Shown here: one piece after another, positions 10,399 to 20,464 of the stretch
Layout: each line of letters opens with the position of its first letter
Numbering within the stretch: position 1 is the first letter of the stretch
The notes under the pieces: generated by a model
What the model was told of the DNA's origin: nothing
Seen by the model: the letters and a program-made list of their open reading frames with translations, nothing else
The model's database searches: none
Program-made: the position numbers and the translations under genes
Assembly: GCA_038850515.1 (NCBI GenBank)
Contig: JAWCLV010000001.1
Coordinates: forward strand, 7,155-71,154
Reading direction: 5' to 3'
Origin: Candidatus Bathyarchaeia archaeon
GTDB taxonomy: Archaea > Thermoproteota > CALKCG01 > B24 > JAGTQN01
Length of the DNA: 64,000 bases

Positions 10399-11400
10399 TT
10401 GGCCAAAGAGTTAAGGATTGGGCTTATTGGATGTGGCAGCCAAGGAAGGACTCTCTCTACAGTGCTAGGAAGGATCGATGGATGTAAGCTTATAGCAGTA
10501 GCAGATGTGAACGAGACTATAGCGAAGCAATTTGCTGAGGAGTTCAAAGTTGAAAACTACTATAGAGACCATTATGAGTTACTGGAAAAGGGGGATGTGG
10601 ATGCTGTACTCGTTGCTGTTCCTCACTTTGCGTTGAAAAACGTGTCCATAGATTGTCTTGAAGCGGGAAAGCCAACTTTTGTTGAAAAACCAATGGCAAA
10701 GAACAGTATTGAAGCAAAGGAGCTGGTTAAAGCCGTTGAGAGAAGTGGAGCAACACTCATGGTTGGATACTGCCAACGATTCTTAGCTTCTAGATCATTG
10801 ATGAAAAGTTTCCTTGATAAAGGTATCGTAGGAGAGGTTTCTTTAGTTCTCGCGATGAAGGGGACTGGCCTGCTCCGCGGATGGTTACTTGAGGAGCCTA
10901 AGGGTGGAGGCATACTAAGGTATCTGGGCGTACATCTCATAGATCAAGTTTTATGGATGATCGGAAGCAGACCTGAGGAAGTGCTTGCCGAGGTAAACGT
11001 TCATCCAACCTTTGGAGTTGACGAAACCGTCTCCTTCATTATTCGATTTAAAAATAGTGTTTTGGCGAGCCTTAGCCTGACAATGCGGGCATCTAAATCG
11101 ATCGACTCTGTAGAAGTCATTGGGTCAGACGGTCATATGAAAAGCGAATGGAGGGATAATTATCTCTTAGTTCATAGCTCAAAAATGATCGAGTATGCAA
11201 ATCCTACAACGATCAGGTTTATGGAAGATCCCACTTATCCTATGTTTGAACGTGAACTTAGGGAGTTCATAGCTTCAGTTATAGAAAACAGAATGCCCTC
11301 CATTAATGTACTTGATGGCTTAAGAGTTCTCGAAGTCGTTGATGCCGTTTTAGAGTCGGCCCAGTTGAAGAGGGCTGTAAAGATTCCGCACTACTCATAA
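10399..11400 (+). CDS. Gfo/Idh/MocA family NAD(P)-dependent oxidoreductase
   Basis: N-terminal Rossmann motif LRIGLIGCGSQG; EKPMA motif; typical ~330 aa length. Confidence 0.85.
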   Translation: MAKELRIGLIGCGSQGRTLSTVLGRIDGCKLIAVADVNETIAKQFAEEFKVENYYRDHYELLEKGDVDAVLVAVPHFALKNVSIDCLEAGKPTFVEKPMAKNSIEAKELVKAVERSGATLMVGYCQRFLASRSLMKSFLDKGIVGEVSLVLAMKGTGLLRGWLLEEPKGGGILRYLGVHLIDQVLWMIGSRPEEVLAEVNVHPTFGVDETVSFIIRFKNSVLASLSLTMRASKSIDSVEVIGSDGHMKSEWRDNYLLVHSSKMIEYANPTTIRFMEDPTYPMFERELREFIASVIENRMPSINVLDGLRVLEVVDAVLESAQLKRAVKIPHYS

Positions 11401-11568
11401 TTTCAGGGGTTGCTCTGATCGGGGAAGGATGTAGAAAGCCTTAGATAGGCTAATCAGAGACTAAGATGAAGATGAAAATGACCTAATTAGTCATCTAGAA
11501 GCCTTTACATGAATGAATTAAACGTTTAAAGCTTTGAATTACACCCTTATTGAGATCAGTGGATCAGA

Positions 11569-13515
11569 ATGACTACCGAAACAGAAAAGACAGAGACTAT
11601 TACAACGATCAGAGAGCCTGGATCTCCCGATATTAGCTATAGAAATGGATTGACCTTCAGATCTTTTCTAGCCCTCATCTACACAGGCGTAGTATTTCTC
11701 CCTGCGAGCATCTGGATGACATTGGCTTTAGGAAATGCGGACATTATGTGGTGGACTATATCTTATACGACTGTGCTACTTTTCAGCGAAATCACGAGGT
11801 TCTTTGGTACGCCACTTAGTAAACAGGAACTCTTCATTATATGGTCTTGCGCTGCAGTCTCTGGTGCAACCGTATCGGCTACGGGCTTCATCTTTAATCT
11901 TTACTACAGGAATGTAAGTTCGTATACCTTAACTTTTACAGCGCCTGGAACAAACACTCCTTTACGCGAAGTTATTCCTGACTGGTGGGCTCCTCCGCCA
12001 ACCTCTACCGCTATTATAGAAAGAACATTGTTCCATCCCGACTTTCGAGTTCCAATATTCATCTCATACTTCAGTGTCGCCTTTGGCCTCTTATGTGATA
12101 TAGGTCTAGGGCTTTTGACATACAATCTCTATGTAAAAATCGAGAAATTGCAATTCCCACTGCAGAGGGTTTCTGGGGAAATGGTTGTCACTGTAGCAAC
12201 GAGGGAGTCTAGGAAGATGAGCGTCATGGTCATCGCTGCCGTCATAGGCCTGGCTTACGGCACCTTGGCCTTCGGATTGCCATTTGCCACAAACTTTGCT
12301 ATGGCTCCAATTCCGATACCTTGGGCCGAGATCCCCATAGATGCGATCGTGCCTGGAGCAACCCTTGGCTTTGCAACAGACCTTTTTGTGTTTGCGACAG
12401 GCTTCATAATACCTTTCAATGTGGTTGTATCGATCTTCATAGGTTCATTAGGTCCTTATGTTATCGGAAATCCTATACTCGTATACCTTTTCCCACCAGC
12501 ACCTGGAAGGTTGGGAGGCCTTTTTGGTTACGCCTCGGGTATGCGGATTAGAGATATTTGGAACATGTCGATGCTCCGAATTTGGGCAAGCCCGAACATC
12601 GGAGTAAGCTTAGCAGCAGGATTGATACCATTAGCACTTAACTGGAAAAGAGTTTGGGGCATTCTTACAAGGTCTTTAAGGGCTTTGATGGGGGGTGGAA
12701 AGGGAGCTAGGTTATCGCTTCTCCCTATCGTTCTATGGCTTGTAGGAGTTATACCTCTCACGGCAATCCCCATCATTCTTGTGCCAGGCTTCCCGGCATG
12801 GATTTTAATCCTTCTCGGGCTTGGAATGCCTCTTTTAAGCTCCATCATAGCGGGAAGGGGGATTGGCGAAACTGGATACGCGATTAGCATCCCGTATGTG
12901 CGTGAAGGGGCTTACCTTGCAAGCGGATATCAAGGAATAGACATTTGGTATACAAGCCCACCTTTAGGAGGTGGTGGAGCAGGAATTTGCGCAAACTTGG
13001 CGGTATGCGATATGACTGAAACGAGTCACAGGAGTTGGATACTTGCATACATAATAGCGATGGCCTTAGCTTTGTTGTTAGGTTTTCTCTATGTCGAGGC
13101 CTTTTGGAGGATTTCGCCGATCCCCTCCTCATCTTATCCTGCCACAGTCATCTTCTGGCCCATACAAGTCCTGAATAGCGTCATCTGGGTTTCAAGATCG
13201 CAGATATCGTGGGTTCCTGAGAACATCATTTTCGCATTCGTGATATCGAGTGCTGCGACCATTACTTGTCACTTCCTTAAGTTCCCATTCTCAATCATAG
13301 GTTTCGCCGCTGGATTTAGTCAACCTATACCTCAACCCCTATCTCTCTTAGTTGGTGGCATCATCAATCTCTTCCTGACTAGAAAGATAGGAAAAGGTTG
13401 GACTGACTACAAGATTATCGCGATTGCTGGATTGGCGCTTGGCGAAGGCGTAGCAGCAGCCATCGGCTCTATTATTGCCCTAATAAGAAATGCTGCCTGG
13501 TCCCTTCCCTATTAA
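11569..13515 (+). CDS. Polytopic integral membrane protein (putative transporter), paralog B
   Basis: 648 aa with many TM helices. Shares NGLTFRSF.../...FSIIGFAAGFSQP.../...IAIAGLALGEGVAAAIGS blocks with the 7866-9851 protein. Confidence 0.6.
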   Translation: MTTETEKTETITTIREPGSPDISYRNGLTFRSFLALIYTGVVFLPASIWMTLALGNADIMWWTISYTTVLLFSEITRFFGTPLSKQELFIIWSCAAVSGATVSATGFIFNLYYRNVSSYTLTFTAPGTNTPLREVIPDWWAPPPTSTAIIERTLFHPDFRVPIFISYFSVAFGLLCDIGLGLLTYNLYVKIEKLQFPLQRVSGEMVVTVATRESRKMSVMVIAAVIGLAYGTLAFGLPFATNFAMAPIPIPWAEIPIDAIVPGATLGFATDLFVFATGFIIPFNVVVSIFIGSLGPYVIGNPILVYLFPPAPGRLGGLFGYASGMRIRDIWNMSMLRIWASPNIGVSLAAGLIPLALNWKRVWGILTRSLRALMGGGKGARLSLLPIVLWLVGVIPLTAIPIILVPGFPAWILILLGLGMPLLSSIIAGRGIGETGYAISIPYVREGAYLASGYQGIDIWYTSPPLGGGGAGICANLAVCDMTETSHRSWILAYIIAMALALLLGFLYVEAFWRISPIPSSSYPATVIFWPIQVLNSVIWVSRSQISWVPENIIFAFVISSAATITCHFLKFPFSIIGFAAGFSQPIPQPLSLLVGGIINLFLTRKIGKGWTDYKIIAIAGLALGEGVAAAIGSIIALIRNAAWSLPY

Positions 13516-13664
13516 TATGGCTTGTAATTCCAATAGCATTAAATTATGGAAAGTTTTCATTCCTACAGACAAAGATTTATTCCTCATGTGACAATAGGGT
13601 AATGTGTCTCATTTTTAACATAAAAGAAATAAATTGCATTTTGAAATAGGGGGATAAGATTAAG

Positions 13665-15674
13665 ATGAATGCTTCAATGGACTTTGCTTTTCCAGTCTCA
13701 GAAAAACAGAAGGAACTGGAGAAAAAATTTTGTCATGTTGTAGACTTTAAAAAAGCTTACGATTGGACCGTGGAGATGTGTAAAGTAGGGCCCAAGGGTG
13801 TAAACCAGCTCATGGGAATGCCCGAAAACATAAAGAAAGCCGAATACATCGCCAAACGGTTGAAGGAATGCGGGCTTCATACCGAAGTACAAAGCTTCGA
13901 ATGTGAACGTCACGATGTATTAGAATGCTCGCTTACCATCATATCACCAAAGAAAGTTGACATTCCATGCACACCGATGATTTATGGAAATGCCACAAAA
14001 CCAGAGGGGGTTTCTGGAAGTCTCCTGTATGTCGGAAGAGGTTGGGAAGAGGACTATAAGAAATTGGAGAGGAGAGGTATAGAGGTAAAGGGAAAGATCG
14101 TTCTTATGGACGGTTTTTGGGCGAGATCCAGGCTTATTCTGGCTAGGATCCATGGTGCTGTTGGAGCAATAGTGGCTACAAGGCTTAACTACAGCTATTT
14201 TGAAGGCCCAGCGGGTGGCTGGCATAGGCCTATACGCATGCTTCCAAAGGGTTCTACCTATGCATGGCTCGAGCATCAAGAAGATTATATGTTCTATAAG
14301 TTCCCTGAAGAGAGTTTACCCATGATACCAGCTGTGACGGTTCAAAGGAAGGATGGTGCCTATCTCCGAAGTCTATGCCGAAGAGAGGACGCGAAGGTCT
14401 TAATCAAGGTCATTAAGAATGTTGAAAGGAAACAAGCATTTAACGTTGTCGCCACAATCCCTGGTTCCGAGTTTCCAGATGAAGTAGTAATGGTGGGGGC
14501 GCATTATGATTCGTTCGGTAGAGGTGTTCTCGACAATTCGAGTGGGTGTGGGGTTATCCTTGGTGTTGCGCATGCCTTCGGAGAACTTATGAAAGAGGGT
14601 ATTAGACCTCGCAGAACTTTAAAATTCTGCTTCTGGACAGGAGAAGAAGAAGGATGCGTCGGCTCTTATGCCTATTTGGATGAACATGAATCTATCAAGA
14701 ATAAGATCGTAGCCTATATTGATGTCGATGGAGGAGTTTTCGGTAAAGACCTTATCACGGGTGGATGGGGTTCTCCAGAACTCGGATCGCTTAGCAAATA
14801 CGTAGCTGCTTCTGTCGTTCCAGGGCTTAAGGCTGGAGGTTATGGTCTTGTACGAGGTGCAGGATTTGATATGATCGTGTTCTTCATCGATGGCTGCATT
14901 CCAGTAACGAGCCCAGTTGTAACTCGCGGTGGGAAGGATTGGGTGGGTAAAAGGTTAACTCCTTACCTCGTTAAGTCTAACCCTTACCATGGACCCGCTG
15001 ATGAGCCTGAACCTGAGAGACTCCTTAGACCTGATCGGTTTAAGGAACCGATTGAAGGGCTTGGAGTAATGCTTCTCACTCTATCTGAGTCTGATGTTCT
15101 TCCTCTAGACTACAAATGCTATGCTAGAATGCTTATGGAAGGAAAGGAAGGCCTTCGTGACCTTGCAAAGAAAGCATCTAAGTTTGGCATAAACTTAGCC
15201 GGAGCTTTAAAAGAGCTCGAAAAGATGGAGATCGAAGCCGAGAAATTGAATAGGGTTTTAACCCTAAGCTTATGTGCCTATCTGAAGGCGACTGGTCAGG
15301 GACCTTGGGAAGGAAACCTAGACGATAGACTTCTTCGAGAAGTTTCAAGACTTCCTAAAGAACTTCCTAATGAGAAAACGGAGGCACTGAGGAGATATTT
15401 CAGATTGGCTAACCTTATTCGACGTCTTGTGATAACTCCTGAACTAAAGGCAACCTGCTTTTGTATAGACGGTGCATACCTCTATACATTGCCTTGGATT
15501 CAACCTGTACGATATTCTAGGGCATTGAGGTCCCATCCAGAGAAGTTGCATAGGATCGAGATCGAGGCTCAAGTTCTTGAACAGACTTTCCGGAGAATTA
15601 ACACAATCATGGAAGACCTCTCGATGATAGGTGAGAGACTTATCTATGAAATTCTCCCGAATAATGGTGACTAA
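13665..15674 (+). CDS. M28B family metallopeptidase with PA domain and C-terminal TfR/PSMA-like helical domain (glutamate carboxypeptidase II-like)
   Basis: VVMVGAHYDSFGRGVLDNSSGCGVIL and WTGEEEGCVGS give the canonical M28 Zn ligands (H-D, DNxSG, EE). A PA-like insert lies upstream and a helical dimerisation-like C-terminus follows. There is no obvious signal peptide, which is ambiguous. Confidence 0.8.
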   Translation: MNASMDFAFPVSEKQKELEKKFCHVVDFKKAYDWTVEMCKVGPKGVNQLMGMPENIKKAEYIAKRLKECGLHTEVQSFECERHDVLECSLTIISPKKVDIPCTPMIYGNATKPEGVSGSLLYVGRGWEEDYKKLERRGIEVKGKIVLMDGFWARSRLILARIHGAVGAIVATRLNYSYFEGPAGGWHRPIRMLPKGSTYAWLEHQEDYMFYKFPEESLPMIPAVTVQRKDGAYLRSLCRREDAKVLIKVIKNVERKQAFNVVATIPGSEFPDEVVMVGAHYDSFGRGVLDNSSGCGVILGVAHAFGELMKEGIRPRRTLKFCFWTGEEEGCVGSYAYLDEHESIKNKIVAYIDVDGGVFGKDLITGGWGSPELGSLSKYVAASVVPGLKAGGYGLVRGAGFDMIVFFIDGCIPVTSPVVTRGGKDWVGKRLTPYLVKSNPYHGPADEPEPERLLRPDRFKEPIEGLGVMLLTLSESDVLPLDYKCYARMLMEGKEGLRDLAKKASKFGINLAGALKELEKMEIEAEKLNRVLTLSLCAYLKATGQGPWEGNLDDRLLREVSRLPKELPNEKTEALRRYFRLANLIRRLVITPELKATCFCIDGAYLYTLPWIQPVRYSRALRSHPEKLHRIEIEAQVLEQTFRRINTIMEDLSMIGERLIYEILPNNGD

Positions 15675-15736
15675 TTTGGCCCAGTTTAAATTATTCTATA
15701 ATCTATTTTACTCGATTAATACCAAATAAGGAACCT

Positions 15737-18700
15737 TTACAATTTAGCCTCCATATACCGTTTCTTCTCATGATCCCTGAGACTTCGCCATATTAGAAGT
15801 TGCCTTCGGACTTCACTTATGAAGGATTTATTAAGGTGCTGCCAACTCGATTGTTCTCCTGTGAGCCTTTTAAGGAATAGGGTGTAACTCGCCCTACCCT
15901 CAGTTATAGATGCATTAAAGATAACACGTTGAGATATCCCCCGCGGATAAGGTTCTATCGCTACGGTCGCTATTAGAGACTTAACGGTAATGTTATTCGT
16001 AGCTCTCTCCTCTATGGAGAGATTCTGAGCGAAAAAGACTGGCGACTCATCTCTGATCATATGTCCCTCATAAAATTCCTTCATAAATGCTATTATCCCT
16101 TTTGCCTCATCCTCGCTGGAGACAAAGGGCAAGGGAATTTCCCAAGTATCTCCTTTAGGCTTAGTCGGGACCTTCCACTTTCTTTCAAGAGAAGGTGTTA
16201 CTAACCTTGCGCATTTATAAATTGGATAGATGGCTGAGGAGGTCGTTAACCCCATAGAGAGCAGTACTACGGCTACTACCATGATTGAAGAATAATTCAC
16301 GGCTACTCCATAGAATCTATACGCTCCGGAGGCGATGATGATGCCAAAGAGGTATCCTAAGGTCCCTCCTAAAATAGCATATATGCCTGCCTCCGTAAGG
16401 AATATACTTCCGACATGCAAGGGAGATAGACCAACAGAGGCAAAGGTGGATATTTCCCTCCTCCTCTCTATTACGTTGCCTAACATGATGTTGAAAAGGC
16501 TAAGGACTCCTATTATAGAGGGGAGTATTATGAAAGTTAGTCCACTTACTTCCCTTGAGACTCCGTGAGCAAACAAGTAAACTCTTTCTCCAGTAGAGGC
16601 ATAGACATCGAAGTCATAGTAGAGAGTTATAGATTCTGCTAACTCCTTAACTTTGACGGGATTCTCGATATCCAAAGCCACTTGGGTAATAAAGGGCCCC
16701 CAAGTAGCTAAGCGCCTCATCACAGCGTTAAAGGGCATGAGAAGAACCTCATAGCCTCGAAGGGGCTGTCGCTTTCTCCAATCAGAGGGATCGAAGGGCA
16801 TAATGGGTCTCCCATCAAGTTCCTTTATACTTTCTAGGAGTTTTGCATCAAAGATTCCACAAACTCTCATCTGAATACCATTAACTCTAATCAGGGTTGA
16901 AGATGGATCGGACATACTGATGTTCAGGTAATCGGCATAGTCTTTACTTATGAGAACAAATAATTCATCCTCTGATGGGAACCAGACCCCATCTAGAAGT
17001 ATCTGCTCTATCCTCTGTATATCTCCTTGGTAAGCTATATTCAATTCATTCTCAGAAATTCCAAGGATTGCAGCCGCCGTACGCCATGAGTCTCCAGAAG
17101 AGATATTCAGAAGTCCCCTCGCATATGGATCATTAAAATCGCCAGGCATATTCCCCGTATGGATGTTGTATAACCATGCCCTAGGGGCTATCGATACCCC
17201 CTCACTATAGACGCGCCTAATTCCCTCTAATAATTCTTCCGAAATAGGCTGAATACCCCTGAAAGGATCTATCCAAGCTGCTACGAGTAGGCCGACCCGA
17301 GTAGGCTCTCCTCCCGTGGGAAGTTGCAGTGTTATGCTGTGTACAGACATAGAAGTCATCGAAACCAAAGCGAGGGCGATCATTAAGATTGATGTGAAGG
17401 TTAGGGTCGTCCTAAGCCTCCGCTTTCTCATCTGCTGGACTCCGTAGGATAGCGAGAGTAAAATGGCCCCCGTTCTGCTTATCTCCGCGAAATGAAGCCC
17501 TACAACTGCTCTCCGCCATTCCAAGATTCTTGACTGAGCGTGACCGCCCAGAATTGGTACGAGGGGTAATGTAAGAGCCATCGTAACGAAGCCTATCAGG
17601 ACAATTAACATATTTGCACCTAGATGGAAGCCTGCATGAAAAAGAGCGAACGTGCCTATTGCCATAATAAAGATCATAATGATGCCTAGAAGCCTCCTAG
17701 GACCGTTCCACGAAAGGAAAAGCCTTTCAGCTAGGAAAACGAAAGGGACAAGGAGAGCGAAGAAGAACATCGTTGAGCTAATCGTCTCGTTATATAAACT
17801 CAGAATTCTGGCGTAGGCTCTGGTCTCAACTCCTAAAGCCCGCTGAGCATTCGTAAGGGCGAGTCCATACGACCTGTTCTCAAAAGCGTCCCGAGAAGCA
17901 TCCAAGATCAATTTAGCTACGTCATGAAGCTGGTTTGCGGCGGGTTCAAAAACATTAAATTGGAGGAATGTGTTGATTCTTTCGTTATTCAGTAACCACA
18001 TATCTTCAGCATTCTTAAGCAAAGCATTCGTCACGAGAAGTTGTCTTCCGTATTTGACCTCGTACCCATTACCTTGGGGTCGTATCCTTGATGAGTTCAA
18101 AATAATTGCGGATGGTATAGGCACATCAGCTTGAAAGGCGATCGCCTCAACCCTTGTCCCAGGTTCTAAGAAGGCAACCACGATGGGACTTGCTTCCCGA
18201 GGGAAGAAACTGTAATGGGCGGGCGTAGAGTGGGTATTGAAGTCCATAATTCGGAAGACGCTTGAGGCAAAACCGGTTCTGGGTGCTAATAAGTCGAAGA
18301 AAGCAACAGAACCGCACTTAAAAATAGTAAAATACTGCGGATATTCTTGAGTGCCGATAATGCCCCCCCTCCATATCGTTATCTGTACATCATTTCCGAA
18401 ACTGTATATTCCAAAATCCGGAGCGTATTCGATAGTACCGTTTTCGTCCAGATAGAAGGGATATATTCCATAGTTTGTGCCGAATGCTGTTATCCCCACG
18501 ACAGTGAATAGGCCATCCTCATCGGTTGTAAGGATATACCTATAAAGGCCTGGCCCCTGAATAGCTACTAGAGCTTTTGAAACTCCCTCGTATTGGTTGA
18601 TTGAGGGATTAAAAGTTACAACTCTTCCGAATAATTTTCCGTAGTTAGCCCCATAAAGACGCCCACCAATACGCGTGACCTCTGTAGAGAGTTCCTTGAG

Positions 18701-20197
18701 TTGGGGCTCCGCCTGTAGCATGTAAATTGCGGAAAATATGGTTTCAATTTGGGGTTGGAGATTATTCCATAGCAACCGATCATATGTATCGAATGGAGTC
18801 GAGTAGTACTTTCGTTCACTATAAGCTGTATAGAAGGAGAATCCATTCGCCCCTGCCGCTAAGTAAGGCTCACTATCCATAACTATGTGATTGGGCTCGG
18901 GGGCTCTAGAGCCTGGGTAGTATGGGTCAAGATCTATCCTGAAAGCTCTGTCATATACAGTCTTCCAAGCATCTATTATCTGAGGTGTGTAAACATCCTT
19001 AAACCTATCATAGATCCATCGAACTGCTTGGAAAGCAGGGCCTCGAGTACCATAGCCTAGTGCGCATACATCTCCTGCTCCCAGGTTAACTACCCAGTCA
19101 TTGTCTGTGGCTAGGTCAAGATTTATCAGGATTGGGAAGTAGGTCATATCCATTAAGCCCACTTTACTCTGCCATCTTCTCTCGAAGAGAAATAGTTCCG
19201 TAAACTCCCTTGCCCCTAACAAAGCTTGGTTATGCCCAGCGAAGGCTACAAACATTATGGTTCTATCAGGTCCCCGTTCCCTTTTACTATACTCCGAAAA
19301 GAAACGTGCTAATTCGAGGAGCGTTGAGATGCCTAGAGATTCTTGTGCACCTGGTGCAAAACTTGGAGTAATAGAGTAAGAATCATAGTAAGCTGTAAGT
19401 ATGAGGGACTGTTCAGGCATTTTCTTGCCATAGATGAATCCAATTACATTCTTTGCCGTTCTTTGCTCAAAGCGCATATTATAAAGAACCCTAACAGTTT
19501 CGTTTATAGCCTCTTTGAGCATAGAACCGTCAGGCTCGGGGACGAAGATTCTAGGGAAATCTAATGGAATCCAGAGGCTCTTCTTAATAGCATCATACCT
19601 ATCACCTTCTCCTATAAAGACTACGGCCTTCGCACCTAATTTAGCTGCGTTAATCCAATTGTCCTTACTTCCAGAGAAATCCATGAGTACGATACTATCT
19701 TCAATTTCTTTTTTGCTCATCTCTTCCAAGTAACCTTTGCCAACATAAACGAGCTTGCCAGTTAATCCCTCATGAGATCTTAGACTAAGTTGAACCATGT
19801 TTGGCTCGAGGGTGTAGGCTTTGAGGACCCACTTCTCTTTTCCATCATGACCGAGTAAAGAAATGCTCGCACCATAGTCGATGGGTACTGTCACGTTAAA
19901 TTCATGGAATTCTACATCCACTAAACCTAAATTCTGAAAATATTGTCGAATATACTCTGCTGCAGCATCACATCCAGAATAACCTGAATATCTCGATTCT
20001 AAACTAGAAAAATATTTGGTATGGAGCATAATTTTAGAAATATTAATATTTCTAATGACCTCTACGATTTCATTTTTTCCTACAATATTGCTATTTGATG
20101 CGTGTATAGGTCGATTTAGGAATACTAAGCTCCACAGGAATACAAATGTTAATAAAAAAATTAAAGAATGAATGATCAACTTCCTTGCTGGAAACAT
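15737..20197 (-). CDS. Giant membrane protein: N-terminal signal/TM, PA/M28B-like domain with degenerate active site, extra TM helices, complete MacB/FtsX-type permease module, and a cytoplasmic C-terminal tail
   Basis: 1486 aa. The M28-like block AYYDSYSITPSFAPGAQESLGISTLLELARFF...FVAFAGHNQALLGAREF has His/Asp replaced (YYDSY, QE instead of DD). FtsX TM1 is MRKRRLRTTLTFTSILMIALALV, followed by a ~260 aa extracytoplasmic loop. FtsX TM2-4 is ILPSIIGVLSLFNIMLGNVIERRREISTFASVGLSPLHVGSIFLTEAGIYAILGGTLGYLFGI...LLSMGLTTSSAIYPIYKCARLV. The tail after TM4 is ~149 aa. Confidence 0.8.
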   Translation of the reverse strand: MFPARKLIIHSLIFLLTFVFLWSLVFLNRPIHASNSNIVGKNEIVEVIRNINISKIMLHTKYFSSLESRYSGYSGCDAAAEYIRQYFQNLGLVDVEFHEFNVTVPIDYGASISLLGHDGKEKWVLKAYTLEPNMVQLSLRSHEGLTGKLVYVGKGYLEEMSKKEIEDSIVLMDFSGSKDNWINAAKLGAKAVVFIGEGDRYDAIKKSLWIPLDFPRIFVPEPDGSMLKEAINETVRVLYNMRFEQRTAKNVIGFIYGKKMPEQSLILTAYYDSYSITPSFAPGAQESLGISTLLELARFFSEYSKRERGPDRTIMFVAFAGHNQALLGAREFTELFLFERRWQSKVGLMDMTYFPILINLDLATDNDWVVNLGAGDVCALGYGTRGPAFQAVRWIYDRFKDVYTPQIIDAWKTVYDRAFRIDLDPYYPGSRAPEPNHIVMDSEPYLAAGANGFSFYTAYSERKYYSTPFDTYDRLLWNNLQPQIETIFSAIYMLQAEPQLKELSTEVTRIGGRLYGANYGKLFGRVVTFNPSINQYEGVSKALVAIQGPGLYRYILTTDEDGLFTVVGITAFGTNYGIYPFYLDENGTIEYAPDFGIYSFGNDVQITIWRGGIIGTQEYPQYFTIFKCGSVAFFDLLAPRTGFASSVFRIMDFNTHSTPAHYSFFPREASPIVVAFLEPGTRVEAIAFQADVPIPSAIILNSSRIRPQGNGYEVKYGRQLLVTNALLKNAEDMWLLNNERINTFLQFNVFEPAANQLHDVAKLILDASRDAFENRSYGLALTNAQRALGVETRAYARILSLYNETISSTMFFFALLVPFVFLAERLFLSWNGPRRLLGIIMIFIMAIGTFALFHAGFHLGANMLIVLIGFVTMALTLPLVPILGGHAQSRILEWRRAVVGLHFAEISRTGAILLSLSYGVQQMRKRRLRTTLTFTSILMIALALVSMTSMSVHSITLQLPTGGEPTRVGLLVAAWIDPFRGIQPISEELLEGIRRVYSEGVSIAPRAWLYNIHTGNMPGDFNDPYARGLLNISSGDSWRTAAAILGISENELNIAYQGDIQRIEQILLDGVWFPSEDELFVLISKDYADYLNISMSDPSSTLIRVNGIQMRVCGIFDAKLLESIKELDGRPIMPFDPSDWRKRQPLRGYEVLLMPFNAVMRRLATWGPFITQVALDIENPVKVKELAESITLYYDFDVYASTGERVYLFAHGVSREVSGLTFIILPSIIGVLSLFNIMLGNVIERRREISTFASVGLSPLHVGSIFLTEAGIYAILGGTLGYLFGIIIASGAYRFYGVAVNYSSIMVVAVVLLSMGLTTSSAIYPIYKCARLVTPSLERKWKVPTKPKGDTWEIPLPFVSSEDEAKGIIAFMKEFYEGHMIRDESPVFFAQNLSIEERATNNITVKSLIATVAIEPYPRGISQRVIFNASITEGRASYTLFLKRLTGEQSSWQHLNKSFISEVRRQLLIWRSLRDHEKKRYMEAKL

Positions 20198-20464
20198 CCC
20201 GAAACCCCACGCGAAAAAGTGACTATATGAATTATCAAGATTAATGTCCCATATTAATTTATTTAAATTTTTAATGTCTTCCTCCTCTTTATCCTACACC
20301 GCATCCACCATTCCCGTTCAAACTAAAGTTAAGGCATTAGGTTAAGGTTTCTCGATAACCGTATCGGCCTGTCCCCTTTCCTAAAGTGGGGACTTGAAAG
20401 CCTTTTTCAATTCCTCTCCTCTTCTTCTCATCCTTATTTAGCCCCTCCTCAGAAAAAAGGTTTC

